Below, piece after piece: positions 19,824 through 29,967 of a DNA stretch of 64,000 bases. The stretch is from Candidatus Moranbacteria bacterium RIFOXYB1_FULL_43_19 (GTDB lineage Bacteria > Patescibacteriota > Minisyncoccia > Moranbacterales > UBA11712): assembly GCA_001784875.1 (NCBI GenBank), contig MFSH01000008.1, forward strand, positions 1,555 to 65,554, in the 5' to 3' direction. A model generated the notes under the pieces. The model saw only the letters and a program-made list of their open reading frames with translations. It made no database searches and was not told the origin of the DNA. Every line of letters begins with the position of its first letter. Position 1 is the stretch's first letter. A program made the position numbers and the translations under genes.

Positions 19824-20876
19824 ATGCTTTCAAAAATATTCGGGAAATTTTCAAAAGATATCGGGATTGACCTTGGAACGGCCAACACTTTGGTTTATGT
19901 CCGTGACAAGGGAATCGTCATCAACGAGCCCTCGGTGGTGGCCGTCAACCAAAAAACGGGACAGATCCTGGCTATCGGCTCCGAGGCCAAAAAAATGGTC
20001 GGGAAAACTCCTTCGCATATTGTTGCCACGCGGCCTCTCGTTGATGGAGTTGTTTCTGATTTTGAAGTTACGGAACAGATGCTTCGCTATTTCATCGAAA
20101 AAGTCCATCAAGGAAGTTCGGCCTTTTTTTCCCGCCCCCAAGTGGTGATCGGAATTCCATCGGGAGTGACTGAAGTGGAAAAAAGAGCGGTGGTCGACGC
20201 GGCAGTCAGTGCCGGAGCGCGAAAAGCCTATCTTGTCGACGAGCCTATGGCGGCGGCTATCGGTGCCCGGCTTCCAGTCCAGGAGGCTTCAGGGAATATG
20301 ATAGTTGACATTGGAGGCGGCACGACGGAAATTGCGGTGATATCGCTTGGTGGAGTGGTTGTTTGCCGGAGTCTCCGTATTGCGGGGGACGAAATGAACG
20401 AAGACATTATCCGCTTCGCCCGGGACGAATTCAACCTTCTTCTTGGGGAAAAAACAGCTGAAGATATCAAAATTGCCATCGGGAGCGCCTATGAGCTCAA
20501 TGAAGTTCTGGAAATGCCGATGCGCGGAAGAGATCTCGTGACGGGCCTTCCTAAAGAAGTAATTGTGAACGATGCCCAAATCCGGGAAGCTATTTTCCGG
20601 TCGATAAAGATTATCGTCAACAATATCAAGTCAACTATTGAAGAAACTCCTCCGGAGCTTCTTTCTGATATAATGCAAAGGGGAATAATCCTGGCCGGCG
20701 GCGGGAGCCTCATTCGGGGGATCGAAAGGCTTATTTCCGAGCAAACTGATATGCCTGTCCGGGTAATGGATGATCCTCTGACGGCGGTTGTCCGGGGAAC
20801 GGGAATAATTCTTGAACACATTGACGAGTTGAAAGATATTTTGACGGAAACGCAGTACGATAAGGTATCTTTTTAG
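19824..20876 (+). CDS. mreB: Rod shape-determining protein MreB, paralog 2
   Basis: DIGIDLGTANT, RPLVDGVVSD, DIGGGTTE, LAGGGSLI; heads the mreBCD-mrdA operon. Confidence 0.96.
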   Translation: MLSKIFGKFSKDIGIDLGTANTLVYVRDKGIVINEPSVVAVNQKTGQILAIGSEAKKMVGKTPSHIVATRPLVDGVVSDFEVTEQMLRYFIEKVHQGSSAFFSRPQVVIGIPSGVTEVEKRAVVDAAVSAGARKAYLVDEPMAAAIGARLPVQEASGNMIVDIGGGTTEIAVISLGGVVVCRSLRIAGDEMNEDIIRFARDEFNLLLGEKTAEDIKIAIGSAYELNEVLEMPMRGRDLVTGLPKEVIVNDAQIREAIFRSIKIIVNNIKSTIEETPPELLSDIMQRGIILAGGGSLIRGIERLISEQTDMPVRVMDDPLTAVVRGTGIILEHIDELKDILTETQYDKVSF

Positions 20877-20970
20877 TAGCTGGTAGCTAGTATATGGTAT
20901 CTGGTATATTTTTTTTGATATCAATAAAATAAAATACTAAATACTAAATAACAGATACCAAATACAAGTC

Positions 20971-21774
20971 ATGACATTTTTTTCCCGCAAAAACACAAAA
21001 TTCATATTCACGGTTGTTCTTCTGCTATTCATTGTTTTTCTTTCTTTCCGCGGGGCGGATAATCCGGTCAAGGGAACGACTCTCTGGCTGATCAGCCCGT
21101 TTATGAAGACTTTCCGCATTTTTTCCGGAGGCGTCCAGGGCTTTTTTCACTTTCTCGGATCAATTGGCGAGCTCAAAGAAGATAATGAAAAACTGCTGAA
21201 TGAGAATCAGAACCTTTCGGCGGAAATCGCAAGGCTCAAGGACACGGCGGAGGAGAACAAGGTTTTGAGATCAGAAATGAGCCTTATCCCAAAGGCAAAA
21301 TATGACCTTGAAGCAAGTTTTGTGATCGGGCAAGACGCACTGGGCTCGGGAAGTTCGATTTTCATAGATAAGGGAGAAAATAAGGGAATCAGAGAAGGTA
21401 TGGCGGTCATTGTTTCAAATGGTATTCTGGTCGGGAAAATAAATCAGGTTTTTCCGGATACATCAAAAGTGGTTCTTATTTCCGACCGGGAAAGCGCTAT
21501 AGCCGGTGAAGTTTTGGAATCGGGAGCGAAGGGTATAATCAGAGGAACATACGGGCTCGGGACCATGATGGATATGATTTCTCAGGCTGAAGTTGTCAAA
21601 GAAGGAGATACGGCCATCACATCAGGTTTGAGAGGAGGTATTCCGAGAGGATTGCTTATTGGAAAAATCGGGCAAGTCGAACAATCAGAAGACAAACTTT
21701 TCCAGCAAGCCACAATTTTTCCGTCAGCCAATTTTTCCTCCCTCAAAGTTGTTTTTATTGTGAAAAGTTTCTAA
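20971..21774 (+). CDS. mreC: Rod shape-determining protein MreC
   Basis: TM, coiled coil, IDKGENKGI, GILVGKI, ITSGL.GGIPRGLLIG. Confidence 0.92.
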   Translation: MTFFSRKNTKFIFTVVLLLFIVFLSFRGADNPVKGTTLWLISPFMKTFRIFSGGVQGFFHFLGSIGELKEDNEKLLNENQNLSAEIARLKDTAEENKVLRSEMSLIPKAKYDLEASFVIGQDALGSGSSIFIDKGENKGIREGMAVIVSNGILVGKINQVFPDTSKVVLISDRESAIAGEVLESGAKGIIRGTYGLGTMMDMISQAEVVKEGDTAITSGLRGGIPRGLLIGKIGQVEQSEDKLFQQATIFPSANFSSLKVVFIVKSF

Positions 21775-21788
21775 GCCAAATTTCGAGT

Positions 21789-22322
21789 ATGAAGAACTTC
21801 AACCTTTTTTTGCTTATCTTGGTCCTTTTCATTTTCCAATTTTCCATTCTGGGGGTATTCTTCCAGAGCGGCCGTATTCCCAATTTGTTTGTGGCGCTGG
21901 TGGTGAGCCTGGCGATAATTTTCGGTTTTGAAAAATCTCTGCCATGGGTCGTTTTCGCCGGATTTCTTTCGGATGCCGGATCAACCTGGCTTTTTGGTTC
22001 GGGAATTTTGGCTCTGGTGATCATTCTTTGGCTGATTGACAAGGTAAAAGCCATTGCTGAATTTCGCTCGAAGCGATATTTGTTTGCTTTCCTTCTTTTT
22101 CTGACTACGGGTGTTTCGAGCGTTGCTTTCGATATTTCGATCGAGCTTATTCTCAAGGCTGAAAAACTTTTTTCTCTGGGAGTTTCTTCCGCATCTTTGA
22201 ATTTGTCTTTCGGGACAGACTATACTTTAAAGACGGCCTATACGGCTCTTTCGGTCATCGCTGTATATTTTTTTGTCCGTAAGATACCCAAGCGTTCTAA
22301 TATTATTTTGGCCAGAAAATGA
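21789..22322 (+). CDS. mreD: MreD-like membrane protein
   Basis: Hydrophobic; IPNL, GFLSD; located between mreC and mrdA. Confidence 0.7.
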   Translation: MKNFNLFLLILVLFIFQFSILGVFFQSGRIPNLFVALVVSLAIIFGFEKSLPWVVFAGFLSDAGSTWLFGSGILALVIILWLIDKVKAIAEFRSKRYLFAFLLFLTTGVSSVAFDISIELILKAEKLFSLGVSSASLNLSFGTDYTLKTAYTALSVIAVYFFVRKIPKRSNIILARK

Positions 22323-22359
22323 AGTACATAATCCCAATCAAAGCTAATTGAAATAATAG

Positions 22360-24261
22360 ATGTTTTTCAAAAAATATTTCAAAAATAGGCGGCAGGGGAA
22401 AGGCATTGAAATTGAAGACGTGACCAGCTTCCGCGAGAATAGCCCTCAAAGAGAAATGCTGATCAGCGAACCGATTGACAGCCGGGGCTTTCAATTTTTC
22501 CGTTTTTTGGCGATTTCTATTTTTTTGATGCTTGCCTTCAGGGTTTTTTATCTTCAAGTTATGAGAGGAGATTATTATGGCGGACTGGCGAAGGAAAACA
22601 GAATGCGCTACGTGGATATCAAAGCCCCGAGAGGCCTGATTTATGACCGCAATGGGCGGGAATTGGTGAGAAACATACCCAGTTTTGATGTTATTTTTAT
22701 CCCGGCTGATTTTTCCAGAGATGCTTCTGAAAAAAACAGGGACATAAGGGGCATGGCCGAGCTTCTCAATATGAACGACCAAAACATGGCTGCTATCACA
22801 AATTCCCAAGATGCCGATTCGCTGAATCCGGTTCTCGTGAAAAGCAACATCAGCGAAGAAGAAGCTCTTGTCCTTTCAGAAAGAAAGAAAGATTTCGGAG
22901 GTTTCCAGCTGGACAAGACGGCGGTCAGGCAGTATGAAAACGGAGCCGTTTTTTCGGCAGTCATGGGATATACGGGAAAAATAAACCGTGAAGAGCTTAA
23001 GAAATATCCGGATTATCCGCTGACGGACTATATCGGAAAAATGGGCTTGGAAGAGAGCTATGAGAAATATTTGCGCGGAATAAATGGGAAGCAAAAAGTC
23101 GAGGTTGATTCAGCGGGAAACATCAAGAAAAATCTGGGGACGGAAAATCCGACCAACGGGAACGATTTGCATCTGGGACTTGACGCCGGCCTTCAAGAAA
23201 AAATCGAAGAAAGCCTTCAGAAAATGTTTGAGCAAACCGGGACAAAAACGGCCGCGGCGGTTGCTATCAACCCTCAAAACGGGGAAGTTTTGGCGCTGGT
23301 GAGTCTGCCCGGCTTTGACAATAATCTTTTTTCGCAGGGAATAACGTCCGAAGACTACGAAAAACTTCTCGGCGACGCAGAAAAGCCGATGTTCAACCGG
23401 GCGATTTCAGGGGAATATCCGCCAGGCTCGACACTGAAGCCACTGGTGGCTGCCGCGGCGCTTCAGGAAAAAACAATTTCTCCGGATACAACCATTGGTT
23501 GCAGCGGCGGCATCAGAATTGGCAGTTATAATTTTCCCGACTGGAAAACTCATGGAGAGACCGATGTTCGAAAAGCCATTGCCGAAAGTTGCGACGTTTT
23601 TTTCTATTCTGTCGGCGGTGGATGGCAAAATATTCCACCGCTCGGAATTGACCGGATAAAAAAATATGCCGACCTTTTCGGCCTCGGAAAAATTTTGGGG
23701 ATTGACATTCCCGGAGAAACTAGCGGACTCATGCCAACCCAATCCTGGAAGCAGGAAAAGATCGGGGAGCGATGGTTTTTGGGAGATGACTACCACTCAG
23801 CTATCGGACAGGGATTTGACACCGCGACTCCGCTCCAGCTCGCGAACTATATTGCGGCGGTTGCAAACGGGGGAACGGTCTATCGCCCTCATCTTCTGAG
23901 CTACGTCAAGAAAAATGACGGAACGGAAGAAAAAATAAAACCCGAAATTTTGAGCAAAAATTTTGTTTCGTCTTCTAATATGGAAGTGGTGAGAGAGGGC
24001 ATGCGCCAGACAGTTTTTTCCGGAACAGCGCAGTCGCTCAAAGACTTGCCGGTTGAAGTGGCCGGGAAAACCGGAACAGCTCAATTCGGGGGCGAGAACA
24101 AAACGCATGGCTGGTTTGTTTCTTTCGCGCCTTACGACAATCCGGAAATTGCCATGGCAGTTTTGGTTGAAGGCGGAGGAGAAGGGCACTCGACGGCGGT
24201 GCCGGTGACAAGAGAAACTCTCGATTGGTATTTTTCCCGGCGGGACAATGGAACAAAGTAA
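22360..24261 (+). CDS. mrdA: Penicillin-binding protein 2
   Basis: APRGLIYDRNG, YPPGSTLK (SxxK), SCD (SxN-like), KTGTAQ. Confidence 0.95.
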   Translation: MFFKKYFKNRRQGKGIEIEDVTSFRENSPQREMLISEPIDSRGFQFFRFLAISIFLMLAFRVFYLQVMRGDYYGGLAKENRMRYVDIKAPRGLIYDRNGRELVRNIPSFDVIFIPADFSRDASEKNRDIRGMAELLNMNDQNMAAITNSQDADSLNPVLVKSNISEEEALVLSERKKDFGGFQLDKTAVRQYENGAVFSAVMGYTGKINREELKKYPDYPLTDYIGKMGLEESYEKYLRGINGKQKVEVDSAGNIKKNLGTENPTNGNDLHLGLDAGLQEKIEESLQKMFEQTGTKTAAAVAINPQNGEVLALVSLPGFDNNLFSQGITSEDYEKLLGDAEKPMFNRAISGEYPPGSTLKPLVAAAALQEKTISPDTTIGCSGGIRIGSYNFPDWKTHGETDVRKAIAESCDVFFYSVGGGWQNIPPLGIDRIKKYADLFGLGKILGIDIPGETSGLMPTQSWKQEKIGERWFLGDDYHSAIGQGFDTATPLQLANYIAAVANGGTVYRPHLLSYVKKNDGTEEKIKPEILSKNFVSSSNMEVVREGMRQTVFSGTAQSLKDLPVEVAGKTGTAQFGGENKTHGWFVSFAPYDNPEIAMAVLVEGGGEGHSTAVPVTRETLDWYFSRRDNGTK

Positions 24262-24328
24262 ATGGAATTTATCTATTTGCTGGAACATATAGATTAATTT
24301 ATATCTTGCCTGTTTAATCGGAAGTGGG

Positions 24329-24356
24329 TTGACAGAATTTCTCTTTTTTATATAAT
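24329..24356 (+). promoter_or_regulatory. Sigma70-type promoter upstream of greA
   Basis: TTGACA-16 bp-TATAAT. Confidence 0.6.
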
Positions 24357-24409
24357 TCATACTGTTCAATATAATAAGTTTCCAGTGCTCGCGAACGAGT
24401 GCTTTTAAA

Positions 24410-24526
24410 TTCACCCCGCACCAATCCTAACAACGCGCGTCAATTATTCACGACAGAGAGGCGAAGCCGCTTCACTCTCTAGCTCAGTCTAACTATGGAC
24501 CTTGGCTGGGATTGGTGCGGGGTGAA
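24410..24526. mobile_element. Miniature inverted-repeat element in the greA leader
   Basis: TTCACCCCGCACCAATCC ... GGATTGGTGCGGGGTGAA, perfect 18-bp inverted repeat. Confidence 0.75.
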
Positions 24527-24535
24527 CCCAATACT

Positions 24536-24991
24536 ATGACAAAACTTCTTACTCCCGAGGGCTTCAAAAAGCTGGAAGAAGAGCTTGGCATGCGAAAAAC
24601 AGAAATGAGGCAGAAAATTGCCGCCATTATCAAGGAAGCCAAGGAACAGGGAGATCTTTCTGAAAACGCGGAATATACCGAAGCCAAGCGCCAGCAGGCT
24701 GACAACGAAAGGCGGATTATGGAGCTGGAAAGCCAGATCCGCACTTCGGAAGTGGCCAATTTTGTGAAGGGTTCTAACGTGGTCCAGATGGGCTCAAAAG
24801 TGAAAGTGAAATTCAACGGCGAAGAGCAGGTTTTTGAAATTGTCGGCTCGAACGAAGCTGATCCGATGGTCTGGAAAATTTCCAACGAATCGCCGATTGG
24901 CAAAGTTCTTCTCGGGAAAAAAGCCGGAGACAAAGTGAAAGCCGGCACGCCAAGCGGGGAGAAAGAGTATGAGATTATTGAGGTGAAATAA
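24536..24991 (+). CDS. greA: Transcription elongation factor GreA
   Basis: LTPEG, AKEQGDLSENAEY, ISNESPIG. Confidence 0.96.
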   Translation: MTKLLTPEGFKKLEEELGMRKTEMRQKIAAIIKEAKEQGDLSENAEYTEAKRQQADNERRIMELESQIRTSEVANFVKGSNVVQMGSKVKVKFNGEEQVFEIVGSNEADPMVWKISNESPIGKVLLGKKAGDKVKAGTPSGEKEYEIIEVK

Positions 24992-25041
24992 TATTTCTAT
25001 TGTTTTATCGGAGAGCTAATGGGTTAACGAGTTATATTACA

Positions 25042-25076
25042 ACAAGCACTGGATGAAAGTCCGGGCTTGTTTTTTT
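25042..25076 (+). terminator. Intrinsic terminator after greA
   Basis: ACAAGC-A-CTGGA...TCCGG-GCTTGT followed by a T tract. Confidence 0.6.
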
Positions 25077-25227
25077 GTGGGGGAAAAGATAATATATAGT
25101 CATTGGGAACAAGGTTGTGAGCAGTGAGTTAGGTCTTTGGTCATGGGTCTTTGGGGGCTCAATTCCCACAGCCAATGAATCATGACTAGTCCCACTGCCC
25201 ACTGCTTCGTTACTCACAGCCAAATTT

Positions 25228-26673
25228 ATGCTCGACGAAATCAAAGAAATAAAGCTCAAAAAACTCATAAACCTGCGTCAGTCCGGTATGGAAGCCTATC
25301 CGGAAAAAACGGAACGGTCGATGACCAACCAAAAAGCACTGGCCGGTTTTGAGGCGCTCCAGGAAAAAGAATTGAGCCTTGTCGGCAGAATCCGGTCGCT
25401 TCGTCCCATGGGCGGTTCGGCTTTTGCCAATATCGAAGACGAGTCGGGAAAAATCCAGATTTTTCTGAATAAAGATAATATTGGTGAAGAGAAATACAAA
25501 TTATTCACAGACAATGTCGAGCTTGGGGATTTCATCGAAGCCGGCGGGAAACTTTTCAAAACCCAGACTGGAGAAACAACTCTTCAAATTCGGGATTGGA
25601 AAATGCTCTCCAAGAGTCTAGCTCCCGTTCCGACTGAATATTTCGGGCTCAAAGACACGGAAGAACTTTTGCGCCGGAGATACTTGGATCTTATGATGAA
25701 CGCGGAAACGCGCGAAATTTTCCGCCAAAAAAATATCTTCTGGCAGACGGTGCGAAATTTCCTTGCTAAACACGGCTTTCTCGAAGTTCAGACTCCCGTT
25801 TTTGAAAATATTCCCGGCGGCGCCGACGCGGAGCCTTTTGTCACGCGCCACAACGCCCTCGGAAGGGACTATTTCATGAGAATATCCTTGGAGTTGCCGC
25901 TCAAAAAAATGCTGGTCGGCGGATACGAAAAGATTTTTGAAATCGGGCGGGTTTTCCGAAATGAAGGAATTGACCGCGAGCATCTTCAGGAATACGACAT
26001 GGTCGAGCTATATTCGGCTTATACAAACCTCAAAGAGGGGATGAAACTGACGAAAAAAATATTCCAGGAAATTGTGAAAAAATCCGGGAAAGCAGAAACT
26101 GAATACGAAGGGAATATGATAAACTGGCTCGGAAAATGGGAAACAAAAGACTATTTCAAATTATTCAAAGAGGAGACGGAGATCGACCTTGGAAAGGAAA
26201 TCTCCGTGGAAGATCTCAAGAAAAAAGCGGTCGAACTCCGGATTGAATACAGGCCGGAATATGGGAAGGGCCGAATGGTTGATCTTCTTTTCAAAAAAAA
26301 GATCCGGCCGAAATTGACGAATCCTTGTTTTTTAGTCGGCCATCCAATTGAAGTTTCACCGCTGGCGAAAAAAGACCCGAAAAATCCGAAAAAAGTTTTG
26401 CGAGTGCAAGTAATTGCCGGCGGAACGGAACTTGCCAACGGTTTTTCCGAGCTCAATGACCCGATTGACCAGCGAGCCCGTTTTGAAGCGCAAATGAAAC
26501 TTCGCGAGGCCGGAGACAAAGAGGCTCAAATGCTCGACGAGGATTTTGTGGAAGCGCTCGAATATGGAATGCCTCCCGCTTTCGGCCTTGGAATCAGCGA
26601 ACGACTCTTCGCGTTTCTCATGGGAAAGTCGGTGCGAGAAACGATCATTTTCCCGCCGATGAAGGAGAAGTAA
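25228..26673 (+). CDS. lysS: Lysine--tRNA ligase (class II)
   Basis: RRRYLDL, GGADAEPF, RISLELPLK, FRNEGID, SELNDPIDQ, YGMPP. Confidence 0.97.
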   Translation: MLDEIKEIKLKKLINLRQSGMEAYPEKTERSMTNQKALAGFEALQEKELSLVGRIRSLRPMGGSAFANIEDESGKIQIFLNKDNIGEEKYKLFTDNVELGDFIEAGGKLFKTQTGETTLQIRDWKMLSKSLAPVPTEYFGLKDTEELLRRRYLDLMMNAETREIFRQKNIFWQTVRNFLAKHGFLEVQTPVFENIPGGADAEPFVTRHNALGRDYFMRISLELPLKKMLVGGYEKIFEIGRVFRNEGIDREHLQEYDMVELYSAYTNLKEGMKLTKKIFQEIVKKSGKAETEYEGNMINWLGKWETKDYFKLFKEETEIDLGKEISVEDLKKKAVELRIEYRPEYGKGRMVDLLFKKKIRPKLTNPCFLVGHPIEVSPLAKKDPKNPKKVLRVQVIAGGTELANGFSELNDPIDQRARFEAQMKLREAGDKEAQMLDEDFVEALEYGMPPAFGLGISERLFAFLMGKSVRETIIFPPMKEK

Positions 26674-26694
26674 AGTAATAATTAATAAAAAAAT

Positions 26695-27120
26695 ATGGGT
26701 ATCGAAGACGGACCAAAAATGCCGATAAAACAAGAAGAAAGTCCAGGCGTTGAAGGATCTCCAATTCAAGATCCCGCCCTTGAAGCCGAAAAAAGAAAAA
26801 GAGAAATTATGGGCTTGTTTGAAATTATTCAGGATATCATTCAAAGGGCTGGCACAACCGGGGGCGAACTCAAAAAGTTACTTGATGACTTGCAGGATTA
26901 TCAGCAACAGAAATACGGCGAGGTCTTGAAGCTGTTACAAGAAGATAATCAAGAAGATAATTCGGAAGAAGCTCTGGCTTTTCTGAAAGATTCAGACGAA
27001 AGAGCCAAGCGAGCTAGGATGACAGCAGCCCAGATCGAAAGCCTGATGGATGATGTAGTGAAAAAAACCGGCGAATTGAGCGGTATTATTCAACCAAAAG
27101 AACCGAAAAATATTTCTTAA
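26695..27120 (+). CDS. Hypothetical acidic helical protein
   Basis: 141-aa ORF fills the lysS-serS gap on the same strand. Confidence 0.7.
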   Translation: MGIEDGPKMPIKQEESPGVEGSPIQDPALEAEKRKREIMGLFEIIQDIIQRAGTTGGELKKLLDDLQDYQQQKYGEVLKLLQEDNQEDNSEEALAFLKDSDERAKRARMTAAQIESLMDDVVKKTGELSGIIQPKEPKNIS

Positions 27121-27126
27121 TTTTCT

Positions 27127-28392
27127 ATGCTCGACCTAAAATTTATCCGGGAAAATAAAGAAAAAGTAAAAGAGAATTGCCGGCTGCGCAATTTTGAGGT
27201 AGATGTTGACCGGCTTTTGGAATTGGATGAAAAAAGGCGGGAAATGATCCAGAGGATGGAAAAGCTGAAAAATGAAAAAAACAAGCTGAACGAAGAAATT
27301 AAAAAATCTGCGGATAAAAAAGTTATTGTCGAAAAAGGAAAGATTATAAAGAAAAAACTTGAAGAAGCTGTTCCGGAATTCGAAGAAACGGAAAAAGAAT
27401 GGAAAAAACTGGTTATCAAAATTCCCAATATGACCCATCCGGACGCGCCGATTGGGAAAGACGACAGCGAGAATAAAGAAATTGAAAGATACGGCGAACC
27501 GCCAGAATTTGCATTTACGCCGAAAGGGCACGAGGAACTAATGAAAAATCTGGACCTTATTGATTTCGAAAGGGGGGCGAAAGTGGCCGGGGCGAAATTC
27601 TATTTTCTCAAAAACGAGGCCGTTTTTTTGGAGCAGGCTTTAGTGAACTACGCACTCGAAGTTTGCCGCCAGGAAGGATTTTCGCCGTTTGTGACTCCGG
27701 ATTTGGCCAAAGACGAGGTTTTGCTGGGAATCGGATATAATCCCCGAGGCGAAGAGACACAGGTTTATTCCATTGAAAAAACGGATCTCAATCTAGTCGG
27801 GACGGCGGAAATCACGATGGGCGGCTATCACAAAGACGAAGCAATAGACGAGAAGGATCTGCCGCTCAAATACGTGGCGCTTTCCCATTGCTTTCGCACC
27901 GAAGCCGGTTCCTATGGCCGACACAGCGCCGGCCTTTTCCGGGTGCACCAGTTCACGAAGGTGGAAATGTTTGCCTATACGCTTCCGGAAAACTCGGAGG
28001 AAATGCACACTTATTTCAAGGATATGGAAGTGAAAATTTTCAAAGGGCTGGGTGTGCCTTTTCGGGTGGTGGACATCTGCACGGGCGACCTTGGCGGACC
28101 GGCTTACCGGAAATACGATCTCGAGGCCTGGATGACGAGCCGCGACGGGTGGGGAGAAGTGACTTCCACTTCCGATACGACGGACTACCAAGCGAGACGG
28201 CTCAACGTGAAAGTGAAACGCGAGGGCGGCCAAAAAGAATTTCTGCATATGCTCAACGGCACTGCCATTGCCACATCCCGGGCTTTGATTGCAATAATCG
28301 AGAATTGTCAGCAGGCCGATGGTTCGGTTGTCATTCCGGAAGTGCTTCGCAAATGGATGCCGGGAGGGATGAAAACAATTAACAGAAAATAA
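27127..28392 (+). CDS. serS: Serine--tRNA ligase
   Basis: MLDLKFIRE, GTAE, CFRTEAG, RVHQFTKVE, HMLNGT. Confidence 0.97.
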   Translation: MLDLKFIRENKEKVKENCRLRNFEVDVDRLLELDEKRREMIQRMEKLKNEKNKLNEEIKKSADKKVIVEKGKIIKKKLEEAVPEFEETEKEWKKLVIKIPNMTHPDAPIGKDDSENKEIERYGEPPEFAFTPKGHEELMKNLDLIDFERGAKVAGAKFYFLKNEAVFLEQALVNYALEVCRQEGFSPFVTPDLAKDEVLLGIGYNPRGEETQVYSIEKTDLNLVGTAEITMGGYHKDEAIDEKDLPLKYVALSHCFRTEAGSYGRHSAGLFRVHQFTKVEMFAYTLPENSEEMHTYFKDMEVKIFKGLGVPFRVVDICTGDLGGPAYRKYDLEAWMTSRDGWGEVTSTSDTTDYQARRLNVKVKREGGQKEFLHMLNGTAIATSRALIAIIENCQQADGSVVIPEVLRKWMPGGMKTINRK

Positions 28393-28393
28393 A

Positions 28394-28693
28394 ATGGAAG
28401 ACGAAAAAAAATATGGCCCGGATGGAATTGTGAAGCTTCAGCAAGCAGATAAAGACTCCAGGGAAAAGGGCATGACCTTGAAAGAATGGTATGATGGGCT
28501 TCAAGAATTGGAAAAAGAAATAATTCAAAAGCTAAATGATCTGGATATTTCATTTAAAAAAGGAGAGATTGACGAGGAGACTCACAATGCAAAAAGTGAA
28601 GAACTTTATCGCGCGATAGGGGAAATAGACGAATCATATAATCGGCTGAAGCAGGCCTATAATTCACATTTAAGAATAAGAACAACTAATTAG
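28394..28693 (+). CDS. Hypothetical protein (99 aa)
   Basis: Starts 1 nt after the serS stop; helical. Confidence 0.65.
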   Translation: MEDEKKYGPDGIVKLQQADKDSREKGMTLKEWYDGLQELEKEIIQKLNDLDISFKKGEIDEETHNAKSEELYRAIGEIDESYNRLKQAYNSHLRIRTTN

Positions 28694-28730
28694 CAAAATG
28701 GCCATGGTACAACAAGAAAATCTATGCTAA

Positions 28731-29921
28731 ATGTCTGAAAAAATAGACTTATCACCTATAAAAGAAATGGAACTCCGGGCGTCTCGCATTCCCGGAGTTG
28801 TTTCGCTGGCGCAGGGCGTGCCGTCTTTTGACACTCCGGAAACAGTGAAAAGCGCGGCCATTGAAGCGATTGAGAAGGGGAAGGTGGCCAAATATTCTCT
28901 GGCGCCGGGAACTCTTGAATTCCGGGAAGCAATTGCCCAGCATCTGGAAAAGGAAAACAAATTTTTTGACTTTGAGAAGGAAGTCATCGCCACTGCCGGA
29001 TCCATCGAGGCAATCACGGCGACACTTCTGGCGATTATCGAACCGGGTGACGAAGTTCTGATTCCGGATCCGACTTACACTTCATACCAGTCGGCTATCA
29101 AAGTTGCCCGGGGAGTTCCCGTTTTTGTTCCGCTCGATGAAAAAAATCATTGGGCACTCGACATTGAGAAATTCGAAAAACTCATCACACCGCGGACGAG
29201 AGCTTTTCTTTTTTGCAATCCCAACAATCCGACTGGAACCGTATTTGCTCGCAACCAGCTGCACGCGCTGGCGCAACTGGCCATCAAGCACAATTTATAC
29301 ATTTTGAGCGACGAAGTTTATAAGGATTTCGTCTTTGATTCCGGGGAAAAATTATATTCTCTTGCCGAACTTCGCGGCATCCGTGACCGACTCGTCTACA
29401 TATATTCCTTTTCCAAAGCCTATGCCATGACCGGCTGGCGGATAGCATATCTCGCCACGCATCAGGATCTATCCGCGCGCATTCTGGCGGTTCATGACGC
29501 GCTGGTCACCTGCGCGCCGGTCATTTCCCAATTCGCGGCCCAGGCGGCGCTTGAGATGGCCGATAAGGAGGTCATGCGTTTTAGAAATTATTTCCGGAAA
29601 AGACGGGACCTCATCTGCAAAAGACTGGACAAACTCAGCCACGTTTTTGAATATCAGAAACCGGACAGCGCCTATTTTGTGTTTCCCCGGATAAAAAAGG
29701 ATATTCTGCAAAAAATTGCCCCTGATGGCGGTTCCTGGCAGTTTGCGATAGAATTATTGGAGAAAGCCAAAGTGGCTACAGTCCCCGGTTCGGCTTTCGG
29801 TCCCAACGGCGAAAACCATATCCGGATGTGTTTTGGAAGGAGCGAAGAAGATATTAATTTGGCCTTTGACAGGATGGAAAAATATTTCAATGAACAAGGA
29901 ACAAAGATCAACGATCAATAA
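28731..29921 (+). CDS. PLP-dependent aminotransferase class I/II
   Basis: SLAQGVP, NPNNPTG, SDEVY, SFSKAYAMTGWRI, VPGSAFG. Confidence 0.93.
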   Translation: MSEKIDLSPIKEMELRASRIPGVVSLAQGVPSFDTPETVKSAAIEAIEKGKVAKYSLAPGTLEFREAIAQHLEKENKFFDFEKEVIATAGSIEAITATLLAIIEPGDEVLIPDPTYTSYQSAIKVARGVPVFVPLDEKNHWALDIEKFEKLITPRTRAFLFCNPNNPTGTVFARNQLHALAQLAIKHNLYILSDEVYKDFVFDSGEKLYSLAELRGIRDRLVYIYSFSKAYAMTGWRIAYLATHQDLSARILAVHDALVTCAPVISQFAAQAALEMADKEVMRFRNYFRKRRDLICKRLDKLSHVFEYQKPDSAYFVFPRIKKDILQKIAPDGGSWQFAIELLEKAKVATVPGSAFGPNGENHIRMCFGRSEEDINLAFDRMEKYFNEQGTKINDQ

Positions 29922-29967
29922 TTTTTTGTTCGTTGTTCTTTGATCATTGATCATTATCTAGGTAAGT

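Noticed and set aside
11199-20876. Two mreB paralogs as a novelty
   Set aside because: Multiple MreB paralogs are common in bacteria; both look ordinary.
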